Source: Pelolinea sp.
Lineage (GTDB): Bacteria > Chloroflexota > Anaerolineae > Anaerolineales > Anaerolineaceae
Direction of reading: 5' to 3'
Length of the DNA stretch: 64,000 nt
Assembly: GCA_012797975.1 (NCBI GenBank)
Contig: JAAZOD010000022.1
Location: 22,797-86,796, forward strand
Shown piece after piece: positions 19,102 to 27,874 of the stretch. How positions within the stretch are numbered: the stretch's first letter is position 1; every line of letters begins with the position of its first letter. A model generated the notes under the pieces. That model saw only the letters and a program-made list of their open reading frames with translations, made no database searches and was not told where the DNA came from. The translations under genes and the position numbers were made by a program.

Positions 19102-19827
19102 TCATTTCACTGCGCGGATGTGCAGAAAACAGGGTTCGCGCAGAAGATCCTGATAGATCGCTTCCGTCTCTGCCGTCCTCGGAAAATCGGAGGCTGGTTG
19201 CGCTTCCAGTACCCGCTCGATGCGAAAGCCGGCATCGAGCACAGGATTGAGAATGGCTTGCAGGGGGCGCCGGTAGCTTTTGATGCGTGGATAGGGTTTG
19301 CCAAATCCCTTCCATTCCATTTCGTGCAGGGTGATCTCGAAATAATTGTCTTCCGCCCAGTTGCGGTAGAAATCGGAGGCGGGGTGCCCGCAGGAGAAAA
19401 CGAATTTGCCGCCCGGTTTCAGGATGCGCTGAAATTCTTGGAACACCGGCAGCCAATCCCGGATGTAATCCATTACCAACGGACAGAGAACGAGATCAAA
19501 ACAATTCTCCTGTGCAAAGGTCAGCGGGTCTTGCAGGTCCCACTGCAGTACGATTGTTTTTTGGCGAGTGCGTTCTTTGGTCATCCGCACGAATTCGGGA
19601 GTGGCATCGATGGCGGTCACCTCCGCACCGTGTTCGACCAACCAGGCGCTGTAGATGCCCGGGCCGCACCCGGCATCCAGAATGGAGAGACCTTTTACCG
19701 GTGGAAGCAGGGATAGGGTGGCAGGCCGTTCATAATGAGCGTTGTGAGAGTTGTCCACGACGCGCTCGGCATAACGTTCCGCAAATGACGAATAATTCTC
19801 TGTTGCCAGGTTTTTCTTTTGCATCAT
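19102..19827 (-). CDS. class I SAM-dependent methyltransferase
   Basis: Motif I ILDAGCGPGIY, then VTAIDATPEF and DLVLCPLVMDY. I chose the start at the ATG-ATG at 19827, but it is uncertain. Confidence 0.8.
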   Translation of the reverse strand: MMQKKNLATENYSSFAERYAERVVDNSHNAHYERPATLSLLPPVKGLSILDAGCGPGIYSAWLVEHGAEVTAIDATPEFVRMTKERTRQKTIVLQWDLQDPLTFAQENCFDLVLCPLVMDYIRDWLPVFQEFQRILKPGGKFVFSCGHPASDFYRNWAEDNYFEITLHEMEWKGFGKPYPRIKSYRRPLQAILNPVLDAGFRIERVLEAQPASDFPRTAETEAIYQDLLREPCFLHIRAVK

Positions 19828-19928
19828 TGCTGTTATTCTATCACCGCCTTTTCCGTTCGATGGTGTGACGATCATACGATGTCTACACAATGTCCTTGGG
19901 GCTAGAACATGGAAGTTTTAAGATTTAA

Positions 19929-19944
19929 AGTTGTCCAGACCATT
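19929..19944. promoter_or_regulatory. palindromic operator-like site A (AGTTGTC-CA-GACCATT)
   Basis: It lies in the divergent intergenic region between the methyltransferase and the NCS2 permease. The half-sites are shared with sites at 47446-47460 and 52629-52644. Confidence 0.3.
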
Positions 19945-19998
19945 TACAAGAAAGGAAATGTGTGCTATATTCAAACAGTTTTGCCAGCAGGAGGACCA

Positions 19999-20073
19999 AT
20001 GAGAAAAAAGGATGCGAAATTGAAGTGCTTCATCTGGATGTTTCCCGGCCTGTTGGCCATTTCTATTTGTTAA
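19999..20073 (+). CDS. candidate 24-codon leader ORF (MRKKDAKLKCFIWMFPGLLAISIC)
   Basis: AGGAGGA (19989-19995) lies 3 nt before the ATG. The TAA stop is 4 nt before the left arm of the terminator at 20078. Not in the ORF track because it is too short. Confidence 0.3.
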   Translation: MRKKDAKLKCFIWMFPGLLAISIC

Positions 20074-20107
20074 AAAAAGACCCCCATTTTTCGGGGGTCT
20101 TTTTTTA
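20072..20107 (+). terminator. intrinsic terminator/attenuator inside the leader of the NCS2 permease gene
   Basis: AGACCCCC (20078-20085) pairs with GGGGGTCT (20093-20100), with a T-run at 20100-20106. The permease RBS (GGAG at 20121) and ATG (20131) follow directly. No upstream plus-strand gene needs this terminator. Confidence 0.65.
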
Positions 20108-20130
20108 TAAAAAAACCAAAGGAGAAAAAA

Positions 20131-21513
20131 ATGAAAAAAGAGTCCAATAATAATTATTATCTTCCCAATGACAAACCGCCGTTGGGCAGGATGCTGCTGC
20201 TGGGTTTGCAGCACGTTCTGACCATGTTCCCGGCGACGGTGCTGGTGGCGTTGCTGGTCGGTTTTCATGTCAATACCGTACTGCTGGCATCGGGCATGGC
20301 AACCCTGGTGGCCCTGATCTTATCCAAACTAAAAATCGGTACTTTCATCCCTCTGTATTATGGTTCAAGCTTTAGCTACTTGGCGGCCATCATGGCCATC
20401 ACCAAGACCCAGTATGGCGTGGTGGCATCCGACGAACTGATCCGCACGGCCCAGGCCGGCATCGTCTGCACCGGTGCCATCAATATTCTGGTTGGTCTGG
20501 TCATCCATTACTGTGGCGGCAAGAAAGTGATCAATAAGGTGCTGCCTCCGGTGGTCACCGGATCGGTGGCGTGCGTGATCGGTTTCTCGCTCGGCTTTAC
20601 CGCACTGCAGAATGCCAGCGGCGGTGCCTTTGGCATCGTGGATAACGGCCCCTGGTGGTTGGTGGCGTTCATTACGTTGCTTGCCACTATCTTTTTCTCG
20701 GTGTTCCTGCGCGGGAAGGGATTTATCGGCATGCTGCCGATCCTGCTGGGAGCTGTCGTTGGCTATGTGGTGGCCATTCCGCTGGGATTGGTGGATTTCA
20801 GCATGATCACCCAGGCGAAGATCATCGAAGCGCCCCATATCACCTTCCCGCTCTTCACCGGTGAACTCTCCATGACCGCTATTGCCAGCATTGCCATCAT
20901 GGCCATTGCCACCATTCCCGAATCCACCGCCCATCTTTATCAGATCAGTCTGTATGTCGATAAACTTGCCGAACAAAAAGGGCGTGAAAAAGAAGGGCTG
21001 AGCAAACATATCGGTTTCAATCTCATCCTGGACGGCCTGGGGGATATGATCAACGGCCTGCTGGGCGGGGCTGCCGGAACGAATTATGGAGAGAACAACT
21101 CCCTCATGGTCATCACCCAGAACTACTCCGGTTATTCCCTGATCTGTGCTGCGCTGCTTGCCATCCTGCTTTCTTTCAGCGGAACGTTGAGCGGGATCGT
21201 GCGCAGCATCCCCACCGCGGTCAGCGGCGGTCTTTCCATTTACCTGTTTGGCGTGATCGGTATGCAGGGCATTGCGCTGATGATCGAGGAGAAGGTGGAT
21301 ATGTTCGATCCGCGCAACCTGGCCGTTGGTGCGGTCATCTTCATCATCGGTGTTGGCGGGCACATCGGCTATTCCAACGGGTTGATGCCCATTCCGTTGC
21401 TGCAATCCATCTTCCCGGATGGTTGGCCGGCGATCGCCACCGGTGCTTTGCTGGGCATCGTGCTGAACCTTATCTTCCAGATTTTCAGTAAGAAAGAAAA
21501 GACAAAAGCGTAG
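20131..21513 (+). CDS. nucleobase:cation symporter-2 (uracil/xanthine permease family)
   Basis: LLLGLQHVLTMFPATVLV at the N-terminus, about 12-14 TM segments, and the ...GENNS... region typical of NCS2. Confidence 0.85.
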   Translation: MKKESNNNYYLPNDKPPLGRMLLLGLQHVLTMFPATVLVALLVGFHVNTVLLASGMATLVALILSKLKIGTFIPLYYGSSFSYLAAIMAITKTQYGVVASDELIRTAQAGIVCTGAINILVGLVIHYCGGKKVINKVLPPVVTGSVACVIGFSLGFTALQNASGGAFGIVDNGPWWLVAFITLLATIFFSVFLRGKGFIGMLPILLGAVVGYVVAIPLGLVDFSMITQAKIIEAPHITFPLFTGELSMTAIASIAIMAIATIPESTAHLYQISLYVDKLAEQKGREKEGLSKHIGFNLILDGLGDMINGLLGGAAGTNYGENNSLMVITQNYSGYSLICAALLAILLSFSGTLSGIVRSIPTAVSGGLSIYLFGVIGMQGIALMIEEKVDMFDPRNLAVGAVIFIIGVGGHIGYSNGLMPIPLLQSIFPDGWPAIATGALLGIVLNLIFQIFSKKEKTKA

Positions 21514-21520
21514 TTTGCGA

Positions 21521-21558
21521 ATTGCAGCCACAGGTTTTCCTGTGGCTGCAATTTTTTG
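21521..21558 (+). terminator. intrinsic terminator after the permease gene
   Basis: A 14-bp stem, ATTGCAGCCACAGG (21521-21534) with CCTGTGGCTGCAAT (21539-21552), a TTTT loop, and a T-run to 21557. Confidence 0.85.
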
Positions 21559-21634
21559 CAAGAAATGGCATGGATCGTTGTTTTTCTCTTCCTGATTTGT
21601 ATAATGGATGAAAGAATGTGGAAGAGGAGAATCA

Positions 21635-22663
21635 ATGAACCGAACATTTATAAAATATGCTTTCTTGTTGATCCTGGCAGCCAGTCTCTTCGCTTTTTCC
21701 GCTTGTGTCACGGTGGAAATGAACGGGTCGAATGCACAGAACGGAGAACCGACCGCTGTTGTTCTCAACGGGCAGCCGCAATCCGCTGAAGCGACCCAGC
21801 AGCCGACCCAGGATGATCGCGTGCTTCCCACCGATCCGGAATATGTTGAAGGGGAAGTGGAGGATACCGATTCCAGCAAGTTTGCCACTGAGCGGCGCGT
21901 GGTTTCAGGCGATAGTTACAAGTCGAACTTCTTTGAACGCCCCTTTACCAGTCAGACCATGGATTATTTGCCGGCTGTCGATATCCTCTATGGATATATT
22001 TCCAGCGATGATAATTTCTTCATCTATACCATCATCCTGGCCGGTGTGGATTATGAGACAAATACTTTGCTGGGTTCTTACGGCGTGGAGATGGATATTG
22101 ATGCGGATGGCCGCGGGGATTACTCCATCTGGGCGAAGGATCCGGTTTCCACCACCTGGACTTCAGAGAATGTGCGCATTTTCAAGGATACCAACAACGA
22201 CGTGGGCGGCAAGGATAAGTACACCTCCGATGCGCCTTCGGCGGGCAATGGCTATGATCAGGAATTACCCAATACCAATGCCGAGGCGGCCTTTGCACGC
22301 GTGATGCCGGAGTATCCGACCGTGGTGCAGATCGCGGTGCATCGCGCGCTGGTGGAGAACCCGGCTGAATTTCTGTGGGGCGTGTGGGCGGATAACGGGC
22401 TGCAGGACCCGGGGCAGTTCGATTATGACGATCACTACACCTACAAGGATGCCGGTTCGCCCATTTCGGGCAACCAGTATTACCCGCTCAAAGCGGTATA
22501 TGCCTGCGATAACACTTGCCGGCGTACCTATGGTTTTTATCCCGATTACCGCATCCCCAATATGTGCTGGTCGGGCGGGCCGGTGCTCACCCCCACACCG
22601 GGTTTCGGCATCATCTTTTTCCCACGGCTTATCCCGACGCCGAAACCACCCATTATCAAATAA
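21635..22663 (+). CDS. hypothetical secreted lipoprotein
   Basis: MNRTFIKYAFLLILAASLFAFSAC has a signal peptide plus lipobox. I recognise no domain. GAGGAGA SD before 21635. Confidence 0.55.
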   Translation: MNRTFIKYAFLLILAASLFAFSACVTVEMNGSNAQNGEPTAVVLNGQPQSAEATQQPTQDDRVLPTDPEYVEGEVEDTDSSKFATERRVVSGDSYKSNFFERPFTSQTMDYLPAVDILYGYISSDDNFFIYTIILAGVDYETNTLLGSYGVEMDIDADGRGDYSIWAKDPVSTTWTSENVRIFKDTNNDVGGKDKYTSDAPSAGNGYDQELPNTNAEAAFARVMPEYPTVVQIAVHRALVENPAEFLWGVWADNGLQDPGQFDYDDHYTYKDAGSPISGNQYYPLKAVYACDNTCRRTYGFYPDYRIPNMCWSGGPVLTPTPGFGIIFFPRLIPTPKPPIIK

Positions 22664-22677
22664 TTCAATTCTTGAAT

Positions 22678-22715
22678 AAAAAAAGTAGGAATGATCATCT
22701 TCATTCCTACTTTTC
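22678..22715. terminator. bidirectional terminator
   Basis: AGTAGGAATGA (22684-22694) pairs with TCATTCCTACT (22701-22711). It is flanked by an A-run and a T-run. Confidence 0.7.
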
Positions 22716-22721
22716 ATTCTG

Positions 22722-22796
22722 TCGGGGTGGGCGGATTTGAACCGCCGACCTCACGGTCCCGAACCGTGCGCTCTAGCCGGGCTGAGCCACACCCCG
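22722..22796 (-). tRNA. tRNA-Pro (anticodon CGG)
   Basis: The reverse complement CGGGGTGTGGCTCAGCCCGGCTAGAGCGCACGGTTCGGGACCGTGAGGTCGGCGGTTCAAATCCGCCCACCCCGA folds as a cloverleaf by hand. The anticodon loop is TT-CGG-GA with G37, and the T-loop is GGTTCAAATCC. Confidence 0.9.
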
Positions 22797-22861
22797 TTCT
22801 CTGCGATTATACCCCAGGCGTTCCTTTTACCGCAAGCAATTGCTCCGGCGATTCCAGAGGC

Positions 22862-23779
22862 CTAGGAATTCTTGATCTGGAACTGGTCGAAATCCTTGAC
22901 TACCACGCTATTGGGGAAGATGCTCTGCGCTTCCTTTTCCACGTCCTTGTCGCGGTAGCGGCGCGAAACGTGCGTGATGAAAAGCTGCTTGACCTCCGCT
23001 TTCGCTGCCAGCTCGGCGGCTTCGCGCACGGTCAGGTGCGCGTATTCGCGCGCCAGCTCCACCTCTTCATATAAGTAAGTGCCTTCGATCACCAGCGCAT
23101 CCGCTTTTTGGCATACTTTTTCCAGCGTTCTGGTCTCGCCGGTGTCACCCACGATCACCAGCTTGGTGCCGGGGGTGGGTTCGCCCAGGATGTCATCCGG
23201 GCTGACACGCTTGCCATCCGGCAGCACCACCGCTTTCCCCTGTACCAGGTCGCGCCGCAGCGGCCCGGAGGGGATGCCCAGCGCATCCGCTTTTTCCGCC
23301 AGAAAAGGGCGCCGGCTTTCTTCTTCGAAAGCGAACCCGAAGCAGCCCGCCCCGCGGTGTTTCACCGGAAAGGCAGAAATGCTGAAATCCTGCTCCTGTA
23401 TGATGGTGCCTTTCTTCACTGCTTTCAATTCGATGGGGAAGGGCGGGTTCACGCCGCGGATGACCACCCGGAAGAGCAGGTCCTCGATGCGCTCCAGCGT
23501 GTAATCGCCGCCGTAGATCTCCAGGTTCTCAATGGTTTCCCAGCGCAAGAATGTCGAAACCAGCCCGCCGATGCCCAGGATGTGGTCCAGATGCCCGTGG
23601 GTGATGAGCAGGCGGTTCATTTTCTTGAATCCCAGTCCCGATTGCAGGATCTGGCGCTGTGTGCCTTCCCCGCAATCCACCAGAAAGCGGTGTTCGTTGT
23701 GCTTCACCACCTGCGCGGGCAGACCTCGCTGGATGGAGGGGGCGGATGCGGAAGTTCCTAAGAAGATGAGCTCGAACAA
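22862..23779 (-). CDS. rnz: ribonuclease Z
   Basis: FLGTSASAPS...LVDCGEGTQRQ...LITHGHLDHILG (HxHxDH metallo-beta-lactamase motif). The length is typical of short-form RNase Z. Confidence 0.9.
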   Translation of the reverse strand: MFELIFLGTSASAPSIQRGLPAQVVKHNEHRFLVDCGEGTQRQILQSGLGFKKMNRLLITHGHLDHILGIGGLVSTFLRWETIENLEIYGGDYTLERIEDLLFRVVIRGVNPPFPIELKAVKKGTIIQEQDFSISAFPVKHRGAGCFGFAFEEESRRPFLAEKADALGIPSGPLRRDLVQGKAVVLPDGKRVSPDDILGEPTPGTKLVIVGDTGETRTLEKVCQKADALVIEGTYLYEEVELAREYAHLTVREAAELAAKAEVKQLFITHVSRRYRDKDVEKEAQSIFPNSVVVKDFDQFQIKNS

Positions 23780-23945
23780 AATGAATGATCCTGTCTTTTT
23801 TTGAGGTATTTATTGTACTCTATCTCTTTGCGGATTTCGTATCCAATAAACTGAGTGTATGATTAATGGTGATAAAGGAAGCAGAGTTGGTATCTAACTT
23901 GCAACGTATAGCTTGACGTTTTTGTCATTCTAAAAGGAGTATGGC

Positions 23946-24431
23946 ATGGAGATCAAAAGCATTGCTGTGGAAAAACCGGAAGAGATCAATTTCATCCTCG
24001 GCCAGTCGCATTTTATCAAAACCGTGGAAGATATCCATGAAACGCTGGTGAGTGCTGTTCCGGGCATCCAATTCGGATTGGCTTTTTGCGAGGCCTCCGG
24101 AAAATGCCTGGTGCGCTGGTCGGGCACCAATGATGCCATGATCGAACTGGCCAAAAAGAACGCATCGGCCATCGCTGCAGGGCACAGTTTCATCCTGTTC
24201 CTGGCGGAGGGTTTTTTCCCGCTCAATGTGCTCAATGCCATCAAGAACGTGCCGGAGGTCTGCCATATCTTCTGCGCCACCGCCAATCCCAGCCAGGTCA
24301 TCGTGGCGGAAGAAGCGGGCGGGCGTGCCATTCTGGGAGTGGTGGATGGAGCATCCCCCAAAGGCATCGAAGGCAAGGAGGATATTGCCTGGCGTAAGGA
24401 ATTTTTAAGAAAGATCGGGTATAAGTCTTAA
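23946..24431 (+). CDS. adenosine-specific kinase family protein (PF04008-like)
   Basis: ILGQSHFIKTVEDIHE...PGIQFGLAFCEASG...HIFCATANP matches my memory of this roughly 160-aa family. AAGGAG SD. Confidence 0.6.
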   Translation: MEIKSIAVEKPEEINFILGQSHFIKTVEDIHETLVSAVPGIQFGLAFCEASGKCLVRWSGTNDAMIELAKKNASAIAAGHSFILFLAEGFFPLNVLNAIKNVPEVCHIFCATANPSQVIVAEEAGGRAILGVVDGASPKGIEGKEDIAWRKEFLRKIGYKS

Positions 24432-24455
24432 CCCTTGGAGAAGAGGAGAAACGAA

Positions 24456-25418
24456 ATGAAGAAAACAGTTATTATCATCTTGTTGGTTGCCTTGTTTGTG
24501 TTCAGCGGCTGCACGCTTTTGAATAAGTTTGACGAGGTCAAGCAACGCTACTTGTCCGGCCGCGTCGAGCAACTGCTCACCGAAATGCCCGCGGATGGCA
24601 CAAAGGAGGAAGTGTTGCTGGAAACCGAACAAACGACCGCAGAAGAGACCACGGCAATCACGGAAACCTCCGCCGTGGCGGATGCCATCGCAACCGCGGC
24701 TGCCCAGGCGACCGAACAGGCGCAGATGGTCGCTTTGACCGAGGCGGTGACCGAGGAACCGACCACCGTTCCAACCGCCACCTCCACCGCAGCTCCCACA
24801 CCCACTCCCACCATCGCTTCCAGCGACCCCGGAGTCTATCTGGGCACGCCTGCCTGGACGGATAACATGGATGCAATCCAGAACTGGCCGGTGGATAAAA
24901 ACGACTATAGCACTGCGGTCCATACAGACGGATATTACCGCATCACTTCCCTGGCGGAGGCGGATGGTTGGCGTCTGGCCAACACCGAAGGTTTTGCGAA
25001 TGGTTATGTCGAGCTGGTGTTCACCACCGAAACATGCAGCGTGGATGACCACTACGGCATCATCTTCCGCGTTCCTCTGTTGCGCGAGGCCAATCAGGGT
25101 TACCTGTTTGGGGTCACCTGCGACGGGCGTTACAACCTGCGCAAGTGGGATGGCACCACCGGAGAATCAGGGACCATGACCACCCTCATCCGCTGGACGA
25201 ACAGCGCCATGCTCAACGTCGGCTCCAGCAAACAGAATGTGCTGGGTGTGATGACCAAAGGGAATGTCATCAGTCTGTACATCAATGGCGAGCTGGTGGA
25301 TCAGCTCACGGACGATTCCTACGCTGGCGGTTATTTCGGCGCCTTCGTGGGCTGGGAGCAAACCGAAAATTTCAGCGTGCACGTGGATAAGGCCAGCTAT
25401 TGGATAACTGCTGAATGA
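24456..25418 (+). CDS. hypothetical lipoprotein with a T/A/E-rich linker and a C-terminal beta-rich domain
   Basis: MKKTVIIILLVALFVFSGC has a lipobox, followed by a long low-complexity linker. The C-terminal ~190 aa may be a concanavalin/LamG-like fold, but that is a guess. Confidence 0.5.
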   Translation: MKKTVIIILLVALFVFSGCTLLNKFDEVKQRYLSGRVEQLLTEMPADGTKEEVLLETEQTTAEETTAITETSAVADAIATAAAQATEQAQMVALTEAVTEEPTTVPTATSTAAPTPTPTIASSDPGVYLGTPAWTDNMDAIQNWPVDKNDYSTAVHTDGYYRITSLAEADGWRLANTEGFANGYVELVFTTETCSVDDHYGIIFRVPLLREANQGYLFGVTCDGRYNLRKWDGTTGESGTMTTLIRWTNSAMLNVGSSKQNVLGVMTKGNVISLYINGELVDQLTDDSYAGGYFGAFVGWEQTENFSVHVDKASYWITAE

Positions 25419-25433
25419 TCGGATTTTGATTGC

Positions 25434-25470
25434 AAAAAGTGCCTGATCCTGCATCAGGCACTTTTTTTAT
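25434..25470. terminator. bidirectional terminator
   Basis: AGTGCCTGAT (25438-25447) pairs with ATCAGGCACT (25453-25462), with an A-run before and TTTTTTT after. Confidence 0.8.
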
Positions 25471-25547
25471 CGATTAAGAATACCCACGGGCTGTGAAAGA
25501 TTATGCTCCTGTGGAGTGCCGCTCTGCAGGAAAAGGCGGCAGGCTCC

Positions 25548-26249
25548 TTATCGTATCTCTTTCACAACTTCGATCCCGTTCAACGCCATGTGATACAGGA
25601 ACACATTATGGAAGTAGTCTGCGGGGTGTGCGAACGCTCCGATCTCCTTTGCCACGGCGATGGGAGTATCGTAGGTGTCGCAGCAGGTCGCAGGCACGAT
25701 CACCCGGCGCTGTTTTTGGAAGGCGTTAGCGTGCATGCGCAGATGCATGGCCAGCTGGTAGGTGCACAGGTCGGTGCAGTCGCCCAGCACGATGTAGGTT
25801 CGCACTTCAGGGTGTTCCGCGATCCAGGCATCCAGGCCGGTGTTCATTCCTGAGTCGATGGAATTCTTTTCCATAAGGATGAATTGATCGAAGAAGGGCA
25901 GAGCTTTGATCTCGTCCACGGTCTGTGATTCTTCGCTGCCGCGCACGCAGTGGGGCGGGAATGCCCCGAATTCCACCGCGTCGGGTTCGTGCGTATCCTG
26001 AATGAGAAAGAGATTGCGGCAGCCGGCCTGCCAGGCTTTCTGGAACAGCCCTACGATGGGCGGGATGATGGCGGCCACGCGCGGGCTGGCCAGCGGCCCT
26101 GCCTTGCAGAAACCATTGATCACATCCACACAAACCAGGGCGGTATGCTCTGCTTCTTTCCATACCGGTGTTCCATCCATTTCCGGCAGCGCCGAAACCC
26201 AATCTTGAAGATAGTGAGAAAAATCGTTTTCGTTCATGGTGTTTGCCAT
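25548..26249 (-). CDS. isochorismatase-family cysteine hydrolase (nicotinamidase-like)
   Basis: ALVCVDVINGF (catalytic Asp region) and LGDCTDLC (nucleophile Cys region). Confidence 0.75.
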   Translation of the reverse strand: MANTMNENDFSHYLQDWVSALPEMDGTPVWKEAEHTALVCVDVINGFCKAGPLASPRVAAIIPPIVGLFQKAWQAGCRNLFLIQDTHEPDAVEFGAFPPHCVRGSEESQTVDEIKALPFFDQFILMEKNSIDSGMNTGLDAWIAEHPEVRTYIVLGDCTDLCTYQLAMHLRMHANAFQKQRRVIVPATCCDTYDTPIAVAKEIGAFAHPADYFHNVFLYHMALNGIEVVKEIR

Positions 26250-26328
26250 CCTGTTCTTGTTATTTTTCCTCCATGGTGGTTAAGTAATCATAAACCACCG
26301 CAACCACTTTTAGAAGGGTTATGCTACA

Positions 26329-27006
26329 ATGTACGGCATTATGCTGCCCTCTGCTTCCATCCCTGCCATTTTCTTTTTTGCCTTCAGCATGGCCATCGGT
26401 GCGGTGCTTTCACCGGGACCGGTGACCACTGCGCTCATCTCCCAATCTCCGCGGCTGGGCTGGATCACCGGACCGCTGGTCTCCACCGGGCACGCACTGA
26501 CCGAACTGGTCATGGCGGGCTTGATCACCTTTGGCCTGTCCGGCTTCCTCTCCCAACCCGCTCTGCAGACTGCCATTGCCCTGCTGGGCGGAGCGCTGCT
26601 GTTGTGGATGGGCGCGGGTTTTGTACGGAACGGCGTCAAGGGGAAATACCATCTGCCCACCCAGGAGGAAAAGGAAGCCACCAAGCCCATGAGTCGCAAG
26701 CAGGTGCTCGGCATGGGCGTGCTGACCACCATCAGCAACCCTTTCTGGTATGCCTGGTGGATCACGGTGGCTTCGGTGTACCTGCTGGATGCCAGGGAAA
26801 TGGGCATGCTGCCGGTGCTGGCTTTTTATTTTGGACATATCAGTGTGGATTATTTGTGGAACACGCTGCTTTCCACGGTGATCGGCAGCGGGGGAAAACT
26901 GTTCAGCAACCGCGTGTACAATATCCTTATGGCGGTATGTGGAAGTTATTTATTGTATCTGGGCGTACAGTTCCTCCTGACAGGGTTCACGGGGATCAAG
27001 GGGTGA
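26329..27006 (+). CDS. LysE/RhtB family amino-acid exporter
   Basis: Small 6-TM protein with the SPGPV motif near the N-terminus. An alternative start is ATG 26341. Confidence 0.75.
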   Translation: MYGIMLPSASIPAIFFFAFSMAIGAVLSPGPVTTALISQSPRLGWITGPLVSTGHALTELVMAGLITFGLSGFLSQPALQTAIALLGGALLLWMGAGFVRNGVKGKYHLPTQEEKEATKPMSRKQVLGMGVLTTISNPFWYAWWITVASVYLLDAREMGMLPVLAFYFGHISVDYLWNTLLSTVIGSGGKLFSNRVYNILMAVCGSYLLYLGVQFLLTGFTGIKG

Positions 27007-27007
27007 G

Positions 27008-27874
27008 ATGAACAACAGGGTGTATTTCGGGGATAATCTGCCCGTCCTGCGTTCGTTTCCGGATGCGTTCGTGAACCTGATCTACATCGATCCGCCTTTC
27101 AACACCGGGCATACCCAAACGCGCACCCGCATTCGTACCATTTCCTCCGCACAGGGCGACCGCACCGGTTTCAAAGGCAAGCGCTATGAGACCATCCGGC
27201 TCAGCCGGAACGGTTATCAGGATCATTTCGATGATTATCTGGCTTTTTTGGAGCCGCGCCTGCGCGAAGCATACCGGGTTCTCAAACCGGATGGGTCGCT
27301 GTATTTCCATATTGATTACCGCGAGGTGCACTACTGCAAGGTCCTGCTGGATGAGATCTTTGGACGCGATTCTTTCATCAACGAGATCATCTGGGCCTAT
27401 GACTACGGTGCGCGCACGCAGAAGCGCTGGCCGCCCAAACACGACAATATCCTGTGGTACGCCAAAGACCCGGCGCACTACACGTTCAATTACGATGCCA
27501 TCGACCGCATCCCCTATATGGCGCCCGGGCTGGTGGGCAAAGAAAAAGCCGCGCGCGGTAAACTGCCCACCGATACCTGGTGGCATACCATCGTCCCCAC
27601 CAACAGCCATGAAAAGACCGGCTATCCCACCCAGAAACCGCTCGGCATCATCCAGCGCATCATCACCGCCAGTTCCGATCCGGGAGATTTGGTGCTGGAT
27701 TTCTTTGCCGGCAGCGGCACGGTGGGGGAGGCTTGTATTAAATTGAACCGCAATTTTGTTCTGATCGATGACAATCCCCAGGCGTTGCAGGTGATGCGGC
27801 AGCGTCTGCAAGGTGATCCTTCCATCGAATGGTTGGAAGGAACGGATGTTCAGGGTTCTTCGCATGCTTCCTGA
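27008..27874 (+). CDS. beta-class DNA methyltransferase (N6-adenine or N4-cytosine), no adjacent restriction enzyme recognised
   Basis: Motif IV NLIYIDPPFNTG lies N-terminal and motif I LDFFAGSGTVGEA lies C-terminal, which is the beta permutation (PF01555-like). The ATG is 1 nt after the LysE stop. Confidence 0.85.
   Translation: MNNRVYFGDNLPVLRSFPDAFVNLIYIDPPFNTGHTQTRTRIRTISSAQGDRTGFKGKRYETIRLSRNGYQDHFDDYLAFLEPRLREAYRVLKPDGSLYFHIDYREVHYCKVLLDEIFGRDSFINEIIWAYDYGARTQKRWPPKHDNILWYAKDPAHYTFNYDAIDRIPYMAPGLVGKEKAARGKLPTDTWWHTIVPTNSHEKTGYPTQKPLGIIQRIITASSDPGDLVLDFFAGSGTVGEACIKLNRNFVLIDDNPQALQVMRQRLQGDPSIEWLEGTDVQGSSHAS

Noticed and set aside
19945-20072. Purine (guanine/xanthine) riboswitch or PyrR binding loop in the NCS2 permease leader
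   Set aside because: I looked for the purine-riboswitch conserved stretches (UAUGG..., UUUCUACC, CCGUAAAU) and for the PyrR ARUCCAGAGAGGYU loop. Only GTCCAGA is present, and that is better explained as part of the palindrome at 19929-19944.
19962-20150. 62-aa ORF in the permease leader
   Set aside because: It reads straight through the strong terminator hairpin and into the permease start in another frame, and it has no SD. The 24-codon ORF at 19999-20073 fits the signals better.
20365-21888. 507-aa ORF on the minus strand
   Set aside because: It lies entirely antisense to the well-supported NCS2 permease and crosses that gene's terminator. Its R/G/H/Q/D-rich composition is typical of the antisense frame of GC-rich coding DNA. 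It has no SD and no recognisable motif.
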